A DNA stretch of 64,000 nt, from assembly GCA_024234635.1 (NCBI GenBank), contig JACKNX010000009.1, positions 66,616 through 130,615 of the forward strand, given 5' to 3'. Shown here one piece after another: positions 35,889-46,444 of the stretch. Numbering within the stretch: position 1 is the first letter of the stretch; every line of letters begins with the position of its first letter. The position numbers and the translations under genes are program-made. Under the pieces are notes generated by a model. That model did not search any database. It was not told the DNA's origin and worked only from the letters and a program-made list of their open reading frames with translations. The stretch comes from Pseudomonadales bacterium (GTDB taxonomy: Bacteria; Pseudomonadota; Gammaproteobacteria; Pseudomonadales; Azotimanducaceae).

Positions 35889-37157
35889 TCAGCTCGCCGC
35901 GCGTGCCCCGTACACGGGGAAACGGCCACACAGTTCCAGCACCCGCTGCCGCACGGTGCCGATCATGTTGTCGTTCTTGATATCGTCCAGGATGTCACAC
36001 ATCCAGCCGGTGAGCGTGCGGCATTCCTCAACACCAAAGCCACGGGTGGTCGCGGCGGGTGAACCGATGCGCAGACCACTGGTCACAAACGGCGAACGCG
36101 GATCGTTGGGTACCGCGTTCTTGTTAACGGTGATATTGGCGCGTCCCAGGGCGGCATCCGCCTCCTTGCCGGTGATGTTCTTGTCGATCAGATCCAGCAG
36201 GAACAGGTGATTATCGGTGCCGCCGGAGACCACCTTGTAGCCCCGCGCCTGGAAAGTGTCGGCCATGGACCTGGCATTGGCCACCACGTTCTGCTGATAG
36301 CGCCTGAACTCGGGCTCCAGCGCTTCCTTGAAGCACACCGCCTTGGCGGCGATGACATGCATGAGCGGACCGCCCTGCGAGCCGGGAAACAGCGCAGAAT
36401 TCAGCTTTTTCTCGAGTTCCGCGTTCTCCCGCGCCAGGATGAGACCGCCGCGCGGACCACGCAGTGTCTTGTGCGTGGTGGACGTGGTGACGTCGGCGAT
36501 ATCCACCGGATTGGGATACAGACCCACTGCAACAAGCCCGGCCACGTGCGCCATGTCGACGAACAGGTAGGCGCCGACTTCGTCGGCAATTTCCCGGAAG
36601 ATGTTCCAGTCCATCTTGCGCGAGTACGCGGAGAAACCGGCAACGATCATCTTCGGCTTGTGTTCGCGCGCGAGGTCACGCACCGCATCGTAGTCGACCA
36701 GACCGGTGGCATTGTCGAGCCCGTACTGAACGGCCCTGTACATTTTTCCGGAGAAGTTCACACCGGCACCGTGAGTGAGGTGGCCACCATCGGCCAGGCT
36801 CATGCCCAGCACGGTGTCCAGGGGATTCAGCAGTGCCTGGTACACGGCGGCGTTCGCCTGCGAACCGGAGTGCGGCTGCACGTTGGCGTAGTGCGCACCG
36901 AACAGCTGCTTCGCGCGCTCGATGGCCAGCACCTCGACGTCGTCCACGTATTCGCAGCCGCCGTAATAGCGCTTGCCGGGATAGCCTTCCGCGTACTTGT
37001 TCGTGAGCACGCTGCCCTGGGCTTCCAGCACCCGTGGCGAGGTGTAGTTTTCGGACGCGATCAGCTCGATGTGATCTTCCTGCCGCCGCTCCTCGCCGCG
37101 GATGGCGGCCAGCAGCTCATCGTCAAACCCGGCAATGGTCTCGTTGCCCTTGAACAT
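35889..37157 (-). CDS. glyA: serine hydroxymethyltransferase
   Basis: [39 protein letters not shown] and [15 protein letters not shown] (PLP Lys). Confidence 0.95.
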   Translation of the reverse strand: MFKGNETIAGFDDELLAAIRGEERRQEDHIELIASENYTSPRVLEAQGSVLTNKYAEGYPGKRYYGGCEYVDDVEVLAIERAKQLFGAHYANVQPHSGSQANAAVYQALLNPLDTVLGMSLADGGHLTHGAGVNFSGKMYRAVQYGLDNATGLVDYDAVRDLAREHKPKMIVAGFSAYSRKMDWNIFREIADEVGAYLFVDMAHVAGLVAVGLYPNPVDIADVTTSTTHKTLRGPRGGLILARENAELEKKLNSALFPGSQGGPLMHVIAAKAVCFKEALEPEFRRYQQNVVANARSMADTFQARGYKVVSGGTDNHLFLLDLIDKNITGKEADAALGRANITVNKNAVPNDPRSPFVTSGLRIGSPAATTRGFGVEECRTLTGWMCDILDDIKNDNMIGTVRQRVLELCGRFPVYGARAAS

Positions 37158-37327
37158 GCATATCCTCGAAAAACTGAATGACGCGGATGGGGTGTCAATC
37201 CCGTGAATGCGCGCTATTGTAGCGGACCGGTTCCGGTCCCGCCTGCAGGCGCATTCAGCTTGCCGATGAATCGCATTCGACTTCCGGCCGGATTCACCAT
37301 CGTTCCGATCACAACACGAGGCAACCC

Positions 37328-38998
37328 GTGGCGCAGTACGTTTTTACCATGCAGCACGTCAGCAAGACCGTGCCGCCCAAACGCACCATCCTGGAAAACA
37401 TCAATCTGTCGTTCTTCCCCGGCGCCAAGATCGGCGTGCTGGGCCTGAACGGTTCGGGCAAGTCGTCGCTGCTGCGCATCATGGCGGGCGAGGACAGGGA
37501 GTTCGACGGCGAGGCACGGCCGCAGAAGGACATCGTGGTGGGCTACCTGCCCCAGGAACCGGCGCTGGACGAGACGAAGGATGTGCGGGGCAACGTCGAG
37601 GCCGGCATGCAGCACGTGGTGGACCTGGTCAACGAATACAACGCCATTTCCGACAAGTTCGCCGAGCCCATGGAAGACGATGAGATGAACACCCTCATCG
37701 AACGCCAGGGCGAGCTCAGCGAACAGATCGACGCCTGCAACGGCTGGGACCTGGACCGCACGCTGGAAATTGCCGCCGACGCCCTGCGCCTGCCGCCGTG
37801 GGAGGCAGATGTGAGCAAGCTGTCCGGCGGCGAACGCCGCCGCGTGGCCCTGTGCAAGCTGCTGCTGTCCAACCCCGACATGCTGCTGCTGGACGAACCC
37901 ACCAACCACCTGGACGCCGACAGCGTCGCCTGGCTGGAGCGATTCCTGGGCGAATACCCCGGCACGGTCGTGGCAGTGACCCACGACCGCTATTTCCTGG
38001 ACAACGTCGCCGGGTGGATCCTGGAACTGGACCGGGGCCGCGGTATCCCCTTCGAAGGCAACTACAGCCACTGGCTGGAAACCAAGGAAAAACGGCTGGA
38101 ACAGGAAGCCGCGCAGGAAAAAGCCCGGCAACGTTCGATCAAGAGCGAACTGGAATGGGTGCGCAGCAATCCGAAGGCCCGGCAGGCCAAGAGCAAGGCG
38201 CGTCTTGCCCGCTTCGACGAGCTGATGTCGAAGGAAGTGCAGGACCGCAACGAAACCTCGGAACTGTTCATTCCGCCGGGTGAACGTCTCGGCGAGAAAG
38301 TCATCGACGTGGAACACCTGACCAAGGGTTTCGGCGACCGCCTGCTGATCGACGACCTGACGTGCAGTATTCCGCGCGGCGCCATCGTCGGCATCATCGG
38401 CGGCAACGGCGCCGGCAAGTCCACCTTCTTCCGCATGCTCACCGGCCAGGACACCCCCGATTCCGGCACCGTGACGCTGGGCGACACCGTGGATCTGGCC
38501 TACGTGGACCAGAGCCGGGACAGCCTGAACGATGGGAAAACCGTGTGGGAGGAAATCTCCGACGGCCAGGACGTGCTGCGCATCGGCACCTACGACATCC
38601 AGACCCGCTCTTATTGCGGCCGCTTCAACTTCAAGGGCTCGGACCAGCAGAAGTTCGTGGGCCAGCTCTCGGGCGGTGAACGCAACCGCGTCCACCTGGC
38701 CAAACTGCTGCGGCGAGGCGCCAACGTCCTGCTGCTGGACGAACCCACCAACGACCTCGACGTGGAAACCCTGCGCGCGCTGGAGGAAGCCCTGCTCAAC
38801 TTCCCCGGCACGGTGCTGATCATCTCCCACGATCGCTGGTTCCTGGACCGGGTGGCGACCCATATCCTCGCCTTCGAGGGTGACAGCCACGTGGAGTGGT
38901 TTGCCGGCAACTATTCGGAGTACGAGACGGACCGCAAGAAGCGCCTGGGCGATGCGGAACCGACGCGAGTGCACTACAAGCCGATACGGCGGGGCTGA
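37328..38998 (+). CDS. ettA: energy-dependent translational throttle ABC-F protein
   Basis: Collinear with E. coli EttA from memory (MAQ[FY]V[YF][32 protein letters not shown]). Two ABC cassettes. GTG start. Confidence 0.95.
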   Translation: MAQYVFTMQHVSKTVPPKRTILENINLSFFPGAKIGVLGLNGSGKSSLLRIMAGEDREFDGEARPQKDIVVGYLPQEPALDETKDVRGNVEAGMQHVVDLVNEYNAISDKFAEPMEDDEMNTLIERQGELSEQIDACNGWDLDRTLEIAADALRLPPWEADVSKLSGGERRRVALCKLLLSNPDMLLLDEPTNHLDADSVAWLERFLGEYPGTVVAVTHDRYFLDNVAGWILELDRGRGIPFEGNYSHWLETKEKRLEQEAAQEKARQRSIKSELEWVRSNPKARQAKSKARLARFDELMSKEVQDRNETSELFIPPGERLGEKVIDVEHLTKGFGDRLLIDDLTCSIPRGAIVGIIGGNGAGKSTFFRMLTGQDTPDSGTVTLGDTVDLAYVDQSRDSLNDGKTVWEEISDGQDVLRIGTYDIQTRSYCGRFNFKGSDQQKFVGQLSGGERNRVHLAKLLRRGANVLLLDEPTNDLDVETLRALEEALLNFPGTVLIISHDRWFLDRVATHILAFEGDSHVEWFAGNYSEYETDRKKRLGDAEPTRVHYKPIRRG

Positions 38999-39096
38999 TG
39001 ACACGGCAAGGTGGCAAGGTAGCCTGTGCCTGATACTGCAGAGGTGAAGCGGCACGCCCCTCCGGCCCCTGCCGCACAGCGTCCGGAACGACAACC

Positions 39097-40314
39097 ATGC
39101 GACACGACTCCTACGGCCTGGAAATAACCGCCTCAAGTGAGGCGGCGGCAGTCGCGTATCGGCTGGCCGCCGACCGGCTGCTGTCCGCAACCGGCAATGC
39201 GCTGGAGGCCGCGGACGTGGCCGTGCGGGAAGACCCGGATATGCCCATGGCGCACAGCGCTCGCGCCATGGCACTGCTGGCCCGGGCGGACGTGCCCGCC
39301 GCGCGCACCGCGGCGGATGCAGGACTGCGCCTTGCAACCCATGCCACCCGCCGCGAACGCCAGCACGCCGCCATCATCGTCGACGTCGTCAACGGCCGCC
39401 GCGACGAAGCGCTGGCGAAACTGCGTGAGCATCTGGCGGAATACCCGCGCGATGCCCTCGCCATCAATCCGGCGGCAGGCGTGTTCGGCCTCATCGGCTT
39501 CAGTGGCCGACAGGGGCGCGAACGCGAGCAACTGGCGCTCATCGAACCCCTGGCACCGCATTACGGCGACGACTGGTGGTTCAACCATGTGCACGGATTC
39601 GCGCTGCTGGAGTGTGATGCCGAAGCACGCGCGTTGCCGATAGTGGAAGCAGCCATCACGGCGCGACCCGACAGCGGTCATGCCGCCCATACCTGGGCGC
39701 ACGTGTTGTTCGAAACGGGGCAGCACGACCGCGCGCTCGAGTGGCTGACGGACTGGCTGCCCGGCTACGCGCCAGACGGCATCCTGTACTGCCACACCTG
39801 GTGGCACCTCGCGCTGCTGCACCTGCACCGGCACGACTTTGACAGCATGTGGGCCGTATACGACGCGCACTGCCGGGAGGGACAATCGGCAAGCCTGCCC
39901 ATCAACCTGTTCACGGACGGCGTGGCGCTGGCCTGGCGAGCCATCGCCGCGGGCGCTGAGCTTCCCATAGTGCGACTGCAGGCGCTTCGTGAACTCGGCG
40001 AGAAGTACTTTCCGAAGCCCGGCATCTTCGTGGACGTGCATCGCGCCGCCTGCCTGGCCGCACTCGGGGACGCCATTGCGCTTGCCGACTACCGCAGGGA
40101 TCTGCGGTCAGCGCTCGACGCCGGCACGTTGTCCGCCGGGGGTGTGGTGCTGGATATTCTGGATGGGTTCGATGCGTTCGCGCGTGGTCACTGGCAACGC
40201 GCATGCGCGGCATTGCAGGCCGCACTCCCTTCGGTGGTTCGCATCGGCGGCAGCCGCGCCCAGCGACGGATTGTCAGCGAAACGCTGGCAGCGGCCGTGG
40301 CGCGCCAGAACTGA
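39097..40314 (+). CDS. TPR-like helical protein (TTC38-like family)
   Basis: 405-aa all-helical ORF. The family call is from memory of bacterial TTC38 homologs (HxWAHVLFE, CHTWWHLAL segments). Confidence 0.6.
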   Translation: MRHDSYGLEITASSEAAAVAYRLAADRLLSATGNALEAADVAVREDPDMPMAHSARAMALLARADVPAARTAADAGLRLATHATRRERQHAAIIVDVVNGRRDEALAKLREHLAEYPRDALAINPAAGVFGLIGFSGRQGREREQLALIEPLAPHYGDDWWFNHVHGFALLECDAEARALPIVEAAITARPDSGHAAHTWAHVLFETGQHDRALEWLTDWLPGYAPDGILYCHTWWHLALLHLHRHDFDSMWAVYDAHCREGQSASLPINLFTDGVALAWRAIAAGAELPIVRLQALRELGEKYFPKPGIFVDVHRAACLAALGDAIALADYRRDLRSALDAGTLSAGGVVLDILDGFDAFARGHWQRACAALQAALPSVVRIGGSRAQRRIVSETLAAAVARQN

Positions 40315-40329
40315 CAGTCGACAGTTAGC

Positions 40330-40466
40330 AGGGTGCTGAAAAAGTCCCTCCTGGACTTGTTTCAGCGGTCGTCGGCTTCGCCGACTCGCGCCAAATGCAG
40401 CGTTTTCCGCTGCATTTGCGGGCCAGCCATCCCTGGCTGGCGTACCAGGCTGCTTTTTCAGCAGCC
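40330..40466 (-). repeat. about 135-bp structured MITE/REP-like element, copy B (inverted relative to copy A)
   Basis: Hand alignment of its reverse complement to 1124-1260 shows only scattered mismatches. Confidence 0.85.
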
Positions 40467-40525
40467 TCTCATGGAACTTCAGTTCCATGCGCGACAGCGC
40501 TGGCAATCGCAACGTGGCCAGCTGT
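40445..40525 (+). repeat. second repeat module containing the palindrome CATGGAAC-N4-GTTCCATG, copy 1
   Basis: CAGGCTGCTTTTTCAGCAGCCTCTCATGGAACTTCAGTTCCATGCGCGACAGCGCTGGCAATCGCAACGTGGCCAG matches the reverse complement of 55293-55367 with few mismatches. Abuts and overlaps the end of copy B. Confidence 0.8.
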
Positions 40526-40871
40526 TAGGTCGCATTCCGACGGCGGGCGTCAGATGACACGCATACGGACGCCAATCGGCATCTGCTGCGACTGGCCCGG
40601 TTCGATCGTTCCCGAACGCTTCCGCCCTGTTTCTGCGCGGTAGGCCCCGGGTGTCAGCTGATCGCAGGAATGAATCGGTCTTGTCTCGAACACTCGACCG
40701 CCCAACAAGGTAGATGCGTTCGCCGACGGTGAACGCCAATCCGGTTGAAGTCGGTCGTAGGCGATGTGACAGGACTGCGCACCACGATTCCCGGGACGTT
40801 GCCACTGCCGTTGAAGCCGACATCGCTCTCTCTTACGCTTGCGCCCCGGTTGAGGCAGCTAGAAAAACATC

Positions 40872-42312
40872 ATGAAAGATTTGACCTGGATCGACGCTAC
40901 GGAGACGGCGCAGCTGATCGCCGCCCGCGAGATCTCCCAGCAGAAGCCGTTGATGCCGCATTCGCGCGGCTGGCTCGCATCAATCCCGATCTCAACGCCG
41001 TCATCCACCAGTTTCCGGATGAAGCACGCCTTGCCGCTGCCGCGCACGACCGCAATCACCGCGGGCCCTTCGCCGGCGTTCCTTCCTGCTCAAGGACATC
41101 GGCGCACCTGTCGCCGGCCAGCCGTACCATCTCGGCACGAAAGTTCTGCGGGACGCACAATACGTCTCTCCGACCTCCAGCTACCTGGGACAGCGATTCC
41201 TCGACGCCGGTCTCGTCATTCTGGGTCGCACCAACACGCCGGAATTCGGGCTGATGGCAACCACGGAACCCGCGGCCTACGGATCAACCCGCAGTCCTGG
41301 GATCTGCGCATGAGCCCGGGGCTCGAGCGGCGGGTCTGCCGCGGCCATTGCAGCCGGCATCGTGCCAGCTGCCCACGGCAACGACGGTGGCGGCTCCATC
41401 CGGATCCCGGCCTCGCTCAACGGACTGGTGGGTCTCAAGTCGTCCCGCGGACGAGTCTCGAACGGACCGTTCCTTGGCGAGGCGTGGAGCGGCCTCGCCC
41501 ACGAAGGCGCCTTGACGCGTTCCGTCCGCGATGCAGCCGCGCTGCTCGACGCAATTGCAGGTTATGAGCCAGGTGATCCCTACGGCGCACCGTCGTTCCA
41601 GCGCCCGCTCCGTGCGGAAGTGGGGCAGTCACCCGGCGCCTTGCGCGTCGGTTTCGTGCACACGCTCGACGGCTACGAAACGCACTCGGGTGCACCGCCG
41701 CCGTCGTCGGCGCCGCGCAGTTGCTCGCCCGGTTGGGGCACCACGTGGAAGACAAGTCGCCGGAAGCGCTACAGCGTTCCGCTGAAGTGCTCCCCACTGC
41801 TGTACAGGATCTTCGCACCAGCGGTAGCACTAGACGTCGAGATCGTCTCCAGCATGGCCGGCTGGCCGGTCTCGGTGGACGAATTCGAACCTCGCACACA
41901 GGACCATGCGCGCCGCTCCCGCAACGACGACGGCCGTCGATCACTTCAAGACCCTGCAGTCGATCTACGAGTTTTCCCGCGACCTGGAGGGCTGGTGGAA
42001 TGAATTCGATCTTCTCATCGCCCCAGTGACGGCCCAGCCGAACCTCCCCCCTTACTGCACGCTCGACTTCGATGACAATGACCCGGACGAATCACACGCA
42101 GCCATGCTGCGCTTCATCCCATTCACCGCGCAGTTCAACATGAGTGGCCAGCCGGCGATTGCGCTGCCGCTGCACAGAACTGCCGCTGGCCTGCCCGTCA
42201 GGGGTGCAGCTCGTGGCAGCCTTCGGTCGCGAAGACCTGCTGATTCGTGTCGCGTCACAACTGGAGCAGGCTGCGCCCGTGGTCCGGCTTCAAGCCACCG
42301 CGGTTCAGCTGA
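40872..42312 (+). pseudogene. amidase-signature (GatA-like) amidase, multiply frameshifted
   Basis: Amidase-like segments lie in at least four different frames: MKDLTWIDATETAQLIAAREIS / VDAAFARLARINPDLNAVIH...GPFAGVP / LLKDIG...GRTNTPEFG / GNDGGGSIRIPASLNGLVGLKSSRGRVS / FDLLIAPVTAQP / GVQLVAAFGREDLLIRVASQLEQA. The GGSSGGS signature stretch is out of frame. Confidence 0.8.
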
Positions 42313-42389
42313 CTACCTTTGTCTTTTGCGAGCTCCTGCGTCTGCTTCCGCCCATTGCAGCCCTTGTCTGAACTGGTAGCTTCTGCCAA

Positions 42390-42762
42390 ATGAGCCTGGA
42401 AATTGTCATCGACTCAAATTGCCCGCCACAGACTCGCACATTTCTGGGCTGCGGCATTGCCAGGCTATGAAGTGAGACCATATGACGAAGATGAAATCGC
42501 GCGTCTTGCGGCATTGGGCTGACACGTGAGACGGATACCAGCGTACCAATCGACTCAATAGACAAGCCTACCGTTTGGTTTCAAAAAGAGCGATGACCTG
42601 ACAACGTCACGAAACCGTATCCACTTTGACCTCAAGTTCGGCAACCGCCACGCTGAAGTAACGAGGCTGTTGGCGCTTGGCGCTACCGTGCTGACGGAAC
42701 GCGCCGATCACATCGTCATGCTCGATCCGGAAGGCAATCAGTTCTGTCTGTTCGACCCTTGA
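42390..42762 (+). pseudogene. VOC/glyoxalase-like protein, at least 3 frameshifts
   Basis: MSLEIVIDSN / LAHFWAAALPGYEVRPYDEDEIARLAALG / LTRETDTSVPIDSIDKPTVWFQK / NRIHFDLKFGNRHAEVTRLLALGATVLTERADHIVMLDPEGNQFCLFDP are read from three frames. Confidence 0.7.
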
Positions 42763-42839
42763 CGACCGTCCGTTCCTGGCCGAAGCCGGAGTAAGCGGCA
42801 TGGCTGTTTTGAACTTCCGCTTTGACCCGTAACCGACGC

Positions 42840-43320
42840 TCAGAGATTATCTGTGAAACCCTGGATGTCCTGCTTCGACGTCAAAACGTGTACTCGGATT
42901 GAGGCAGGACAGCGTGATGCAAGAATCAAGTCACTCCTCGGCACCGCTTTCCGATTTCTCCAGTTTCTGAAGACAATTCCCCACTCATCCCGAAGGCGCT
43001 GCAATACGGATTCTTCGCATCCTTCAGGAAGCTGGATTTCACTGGGTCTTCGCAATCCACGCAGAAACGCGCGCCATGAACACACCCACCAGGGTGTCGC
43101 GAGAATCACGAGAGTGTCTGCGCGCTCCAGCAGAAGGTTCTCATCGACGTCATTGCTATCAACTATCCACTTGTCAGCAGCGAGTAGCACACCTTGCTTT
43201 TCTATCAGCTCGGTCTTTGGCAAATTTGAACCCATCAGGCTTCCAGCTATGGAGATCGAGATGGATAACGGGGAGGTCGGTCTTGGCTGTGCGCCGCGCT
43301 TCGGACGCCTCCGAGCGCAC
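42840..43320 (-). pseudogene. P-loop kinase / topology-modulation (FlaR-like) protein remnant, 5'-truncated and frameshifted
   Basis: KWIVDSNDVDENLLLERADTLVILATPWWVCSWRAFLRGLR...EGCEES resembles the C-terminal two-thirds of FlaR-like kinases. LPVIHLDLHSWKPDGF lies in another frame. No P-loop remains before the GNAT gene end. Confidence 0.5.
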
Positions 43321-43326
43321 CGAAGT

Positions 43327-43884
43327 TCAACGAGGCGTTGACTCGGGGGAACTGAGCAACATCCGATAGCGCCGCGCACCGGCTGATTCACACTCCGTTG
43401 GTTCCATCCCCAATCTCCTGGCAAGCGCTATCGAGTGCCTGTTGTCCGGTTCAATGAACGCTTCAATCCCCGTCGCGCCGTTCTCTTGCCGCCAGGTAAT
43501 GGCAGCCTCTGCCGCTTCGGTCATGAACCCGCGCCCCCAGTAATCGGGATTCATGTGAAAGGCAATCTCAGACCACCCGGCAAGCGAGTTGAAGCCGACA
43601 TGACCGATGAAGGCATGATTGCTCCCCAGCAATATCGCCCAACGAAAACCCCAACCGTCAGCCGCTGCTCTCAGCCAGAACACAATCAGGCGATCACTCT
43701 CCGCGGGTGTCTTTGCGGGTAACTCAATTTCGACGCCATCTTCGTCGAGAGCCTGACCGGAGTAGCGCTGAACCTGGCTGTTTCGCCACATCCGGAACAT
43801 TCCGTCGGAATGGCGCATGGACAACGGCTCAAGTTTCAAACGCGTCGTCGTCAAGGTCGGGATATTCAGTTGGTACTGTTCCAT
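43327..43884 (-). CDS. GNAT family N-acetyltransferase (RimJ/RimL-like)
   Basis: TTRLKLEPLSMRHSDGMF..., IGHVGF...WGRGFMTEA. 185 aa. Confidence 0.8.
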   Translation of the reverse strand: MEQYQLNIPTLTTTRLKLEPLSMRHSDGMFRMWRNSQVQRYSGQALDEDGVEIELPAKTPAESDRLIVFWLRAAADGWGFRWAILLGSNHAFIGHVGFNSLAGWSEIAFHMNPDYWGRGFMTEAAEAAITWRQENGATGIEAFIEPDNRHSIALARRLGMEPTECESAGARRYRMLLSSPESTPR

Positions 43885-43913
43885 ATCAGTACATCACGAG
43901 CGCGGACGCTTGC

Positions 43914-44639
43914 TCAGCGTGATGCTCTCGCCCACAGATACCCCTTGCCACTCGTTCGATAGGTTTGCAACAGAATGCGTTCCCGGTTGAGTTCAGCAAG
44001 CTTCGGCTGCAGCGCAACATGCGCGGGATCGTCGCGATGCCTGATGGCTGCTGCCTCATCCGCGAACGCCGCGATGAACAGCAGATCGCCCTGCCGAATG
44101 GGCGGGCCACGGTCAGCATCGCGAATCGCCAACCCGCCCGAATAAATCAGCGTGCCGGGCTCGTTGTCCCAGCAGTATCTGGCGTGGTCACCGGTGAGCT
44201 GTATGTACCGGTCCCTGGTCGCCTCGTCCTGAAACCGGGTCACGATGACAGTCATCCGCAAGCCGCGCGTGCGAAGTACCTCCGCATACTCGGGGCGTGA
44301 CCACCAGCCATAGTCATCGATGTCGGCAAACAGGCTGGTCATGACACGCCGTTTGGTCATTCTCCGGGCACCCATGGTTTCCTGCAGAGCCGCGTGCGCC
44401 GGGCGTTGCTGATGCAGATGGATGCTGTTCATGCCGCGTGCGTAGCGTTCGAAGACGAGCACCTGCCGCTCGTGTTCTTCGGATTGCAACGCTTCATAAG
44501 CGTTGGTTTCCGGCTCACCCGTCAATGCATCCAGACCGCGCGGTTCCCAGACATCGAGCCACTCGTCCATCGTGGTCGTGTCGCCACGAATTTCGTACTC
44601 GACCAGGACGGTCAGTGAATCTTCCGCCGTATGGTTCAT
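43914..44639 (-). CDS. hypothetical protein, possibly tandem ABM/dimeric alpha-beta-barrel domains
   Basis: Intact 241-aa ORF. Two segments end in ...H..(P)AH.. as in ABM-like domains. Weak call. Confidence 0.5.
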   Translation of the reverse strand: MNHTAEDSLTVLVEYEIRGDTTTMDEWLDVWEPRGLDALTGEPETNAYEALQSEEHERQVLVFERYARGMNSIHLHQQRPAHAALQETMGARRMTKRRVMTSLFADIDDYGWWSRPEYAEVLRTRGLRMTVIVTRFQDEATRDRYIQLTGDHARYCWDNEPGTLIYSGGLAIRDADRGPPIRQGDLLFIAAFADEAAAIRHRDDPAHVALQPKLAELNRERILLQTYRTSGKGYLWARASR

Positions 44640-44709
44640 CTCACGCCTCAATCACGGCCGGGCGCCTGCCTGGCAGGGAGTCTCGGAACAACGGCTAACC
44701 CGTCGTGCA

Positions 44710-44970
44710 TCAACTGCCGACAGCATTCGGCCGCGTTGTCATCTCTTTCGCGGCGCGCTGGCTCTCCAGGCGCATTTCCTTCCATTCACTCTTTTTCATG
44801 CACACCTTTTCCCTGAAATAGGTGCCGGCCTTTTTCACACGCTTGCACACCATGGGGTCTTCCTCCCCGGTGGCGGCAACCGCGGCTTTTTCTTCCTTAT
44901 CGTCGGCGAGCGCCGGCAAAGCACTGCCCACACCAAGGAGGCCCAGAAGCAGGAGCAGTCGAGCAGTCAT
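44710..44970 (-). CDS. small secreted protein (86 aa)
   Basis: ATG 44968-44970 behind CGGAGAG. Signal peptide MTARLLLLLGLLGVGSALPALA. Two Cys residues. Confidence 0.55.
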   Translation of the reverse strand: MTARLLLLLGLLGVGSALPALADDKEEKAAVAATGEEDPMVCKRVKKAGTYFREKVCMKKSEWKEMRLESQRAAKEMTTRPNAVGS

Positions 44971-45076
44971 GGGAACTCTCCGATAACTCAATGCAGTTAC
45001 ATTCTCACTGGCGCAGGGGAGAAGCAATACCGGGGTCCGGGCGGAAACCTGCGTGTGTGCGCGGCGCGCGGCCGCC

Positions 45077-46444
45077 TCAGAACTCCGCCAGCACATCCAG
45101 GGCCGCGGAGAGGCTCTTCACGCCGTGCACCGCCATGCCCTTGATCGCCTCCTTGGGCCGATTGCCCCACGGCACGATAGCCCGTTTGAAACCATGTTTC
45201 GCGGCCTCGCGCATACGTTCCTGGCCGTTGACCACGGGACGCACTTCACCCGTGAGACCCAGCTCGCCGAAGACGATCAGGTCCTTGGGCAACTGCCGGT
45301 TGCGCAGTGAGGACAACACAGCCAGCAGTGCCGCGAGGTCGGCGCCCGTTTCGGTAATGCGCACGCCACCCACTACATTGACGAACACGTCCTGGTCCGC
45401 CAAGGCCACACCGCAATGCCTGTGCAGCACGGCCAGGTGCATGGCCAGGCGCTGCTGATCCAGCCCCACGCCAACCCGTTTGCCGTAGCCGCCCTGTACT
45501 TCGTCCACCAGTGCCTGGATTTCCACCAGCAATGGCCGCGTGCCTTCCCATGTCACCGTGGCAACGCTGCCGGGCGCGTCGAGCTCACCGCGCTGCAGGA
45601 AGATGGCCGATGGATTGGCCACCTCGCGCATGCCGTGTTCGGTCATCGCGAAGATGCCGAGTTCATTCACCGCGCCGAAGCGGTTCTTGTGACTGCGCAG
45701 CGTGCGATAGCGCGCGCCGGCAGGGCTGTCCAGCATGAGGAAGGCGTCGATCATGTGTTCGAGCACTTTCGGGCCCGCCAGGCTCCCTTCCTTCGTCACG
45801 TGCCCCACCAGCACGAAGATGGTCCCCGTGCGCTTGGCCAGCCGCGTGAAATAGGCGGCGGTTTCACGCACCTGCGTCACGCTGCCTGGTGTCGATTCCA
45901 CCGAACCGAGCTGCATCACCTGGATGGAGTCGAGGATGACCAAATCCGGGCGCCGCTGTTCCACCTCGGCGGCAATGGTCTCGGCCAGCGTTTCCGCGGC
46001 CACGACAAGATCATCCACGGGCAGGTGCAGGCGATGCGCACGCATGGCGAGCTGCGTCAGCGATTCTTCACCGGTGACATAGAGCACGCTGTGCGACCGC
46101 GCGAGCGTGGTCGCCACCTGGAGCAGCAGCGTGCTCTTGCCCGCGCCGGGATCGCCGCCGATCATGATCATCGAACCCGGCACCAGGCCGCCGCCGAGCA
46201 CGCGATCCAGCTCACCGATGCCTGTGGCGATGCGGGTGACTTCCTCCGCCCTGACCTCGCCCAGACGTTTCACTTCACTGCGGGCATCGGCATAACCGCC
46301 CCGCGATGGTTCGGCAATGGGTCCGATGTTCACGCGCGACAGGGTATTCCACGCGGAACAGGTCCCGCACTGCCCCTGCCAGCGCGCATGTTCAGCGCCG
46401 CACTCGCCGCACACATAGGCGCTGCGCGCCTTCCTGCCCGCCAT
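45077..46444 (-). CDS. radA: DNA repair protein RadA
   Basis: YVCGECGAEHARWQGQCGTCSAWNTL zinc finger, Walker A GGDPGAGKST, KNRFG, Lon-like C-terminus. Confidence 0.95.
   Translation of the reverse strand: MAGRKARSAYVCGECGAEHARWQGQCGTCSAWNTLSRVNIGPIAEPSRGGYADARSEVKRLGEVRAEEVTRIATGIGELDRVLGGGLVPGSMIMIGGDPGAGKSTLLLQVATTLARSHSVLYVTGEESLTQLAMRAHRLHLPVDDLVVAAETLAETIAAEVEQRRPDLVILDSIQVMQLGSVESTPGSVTQVRETAAYFTRLAKRTGTIFVLVGHVTKEGSLAGPKVLEHMIDAFLMLDSPAGARYRTLRSHKNRFGAVNELGIFAMTEHGMREVANPSAIFLQRGELDAPGSVATVTWEGTRPLLVEIQALVDEVQGGYGKRVGVGLDQQRLAMHLAVLHRHCGVALADQDVFVNVVGGVRITETGADLAALLAVLSSLRNRQLPKDLIVFGELGLTGEVRPVVNGQERMREAAKHGFKRAIVPWGNRPKEAIKGMAVHGVKSLSAALDVLAEF

Noticed and set aside
37158-37327. Possible riboswitch (e.g. 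ZTP/pfl-like CCGCCTG...) in the glyA/ettA divergent intergenic region
   Set aside because: Only a short CCGCCTGCAGGC resemblance was found. The 5' subdomain consensus and pseudoknot partners could not be found by eye on either strand.
37214-39337. 707-aa minus-strand ORF
   Set aside because: It is antisense to ettA, whose product aligns along its length with E. coli EttA. The translation is Arg/Ala/Gly/Pro-rich low-information sequence typical of shadow ORFs.
40560-40760. AraC-family regulator remnant on the minus strand upstream of the amidase pseudogene
   Set aside because: Only a ...LTPGAYRAE... tail-like motif and vague HTH-like residues are visible across shifted frames. This is too weak to annotate as a feature, so it is mentioned only within the decay finding.
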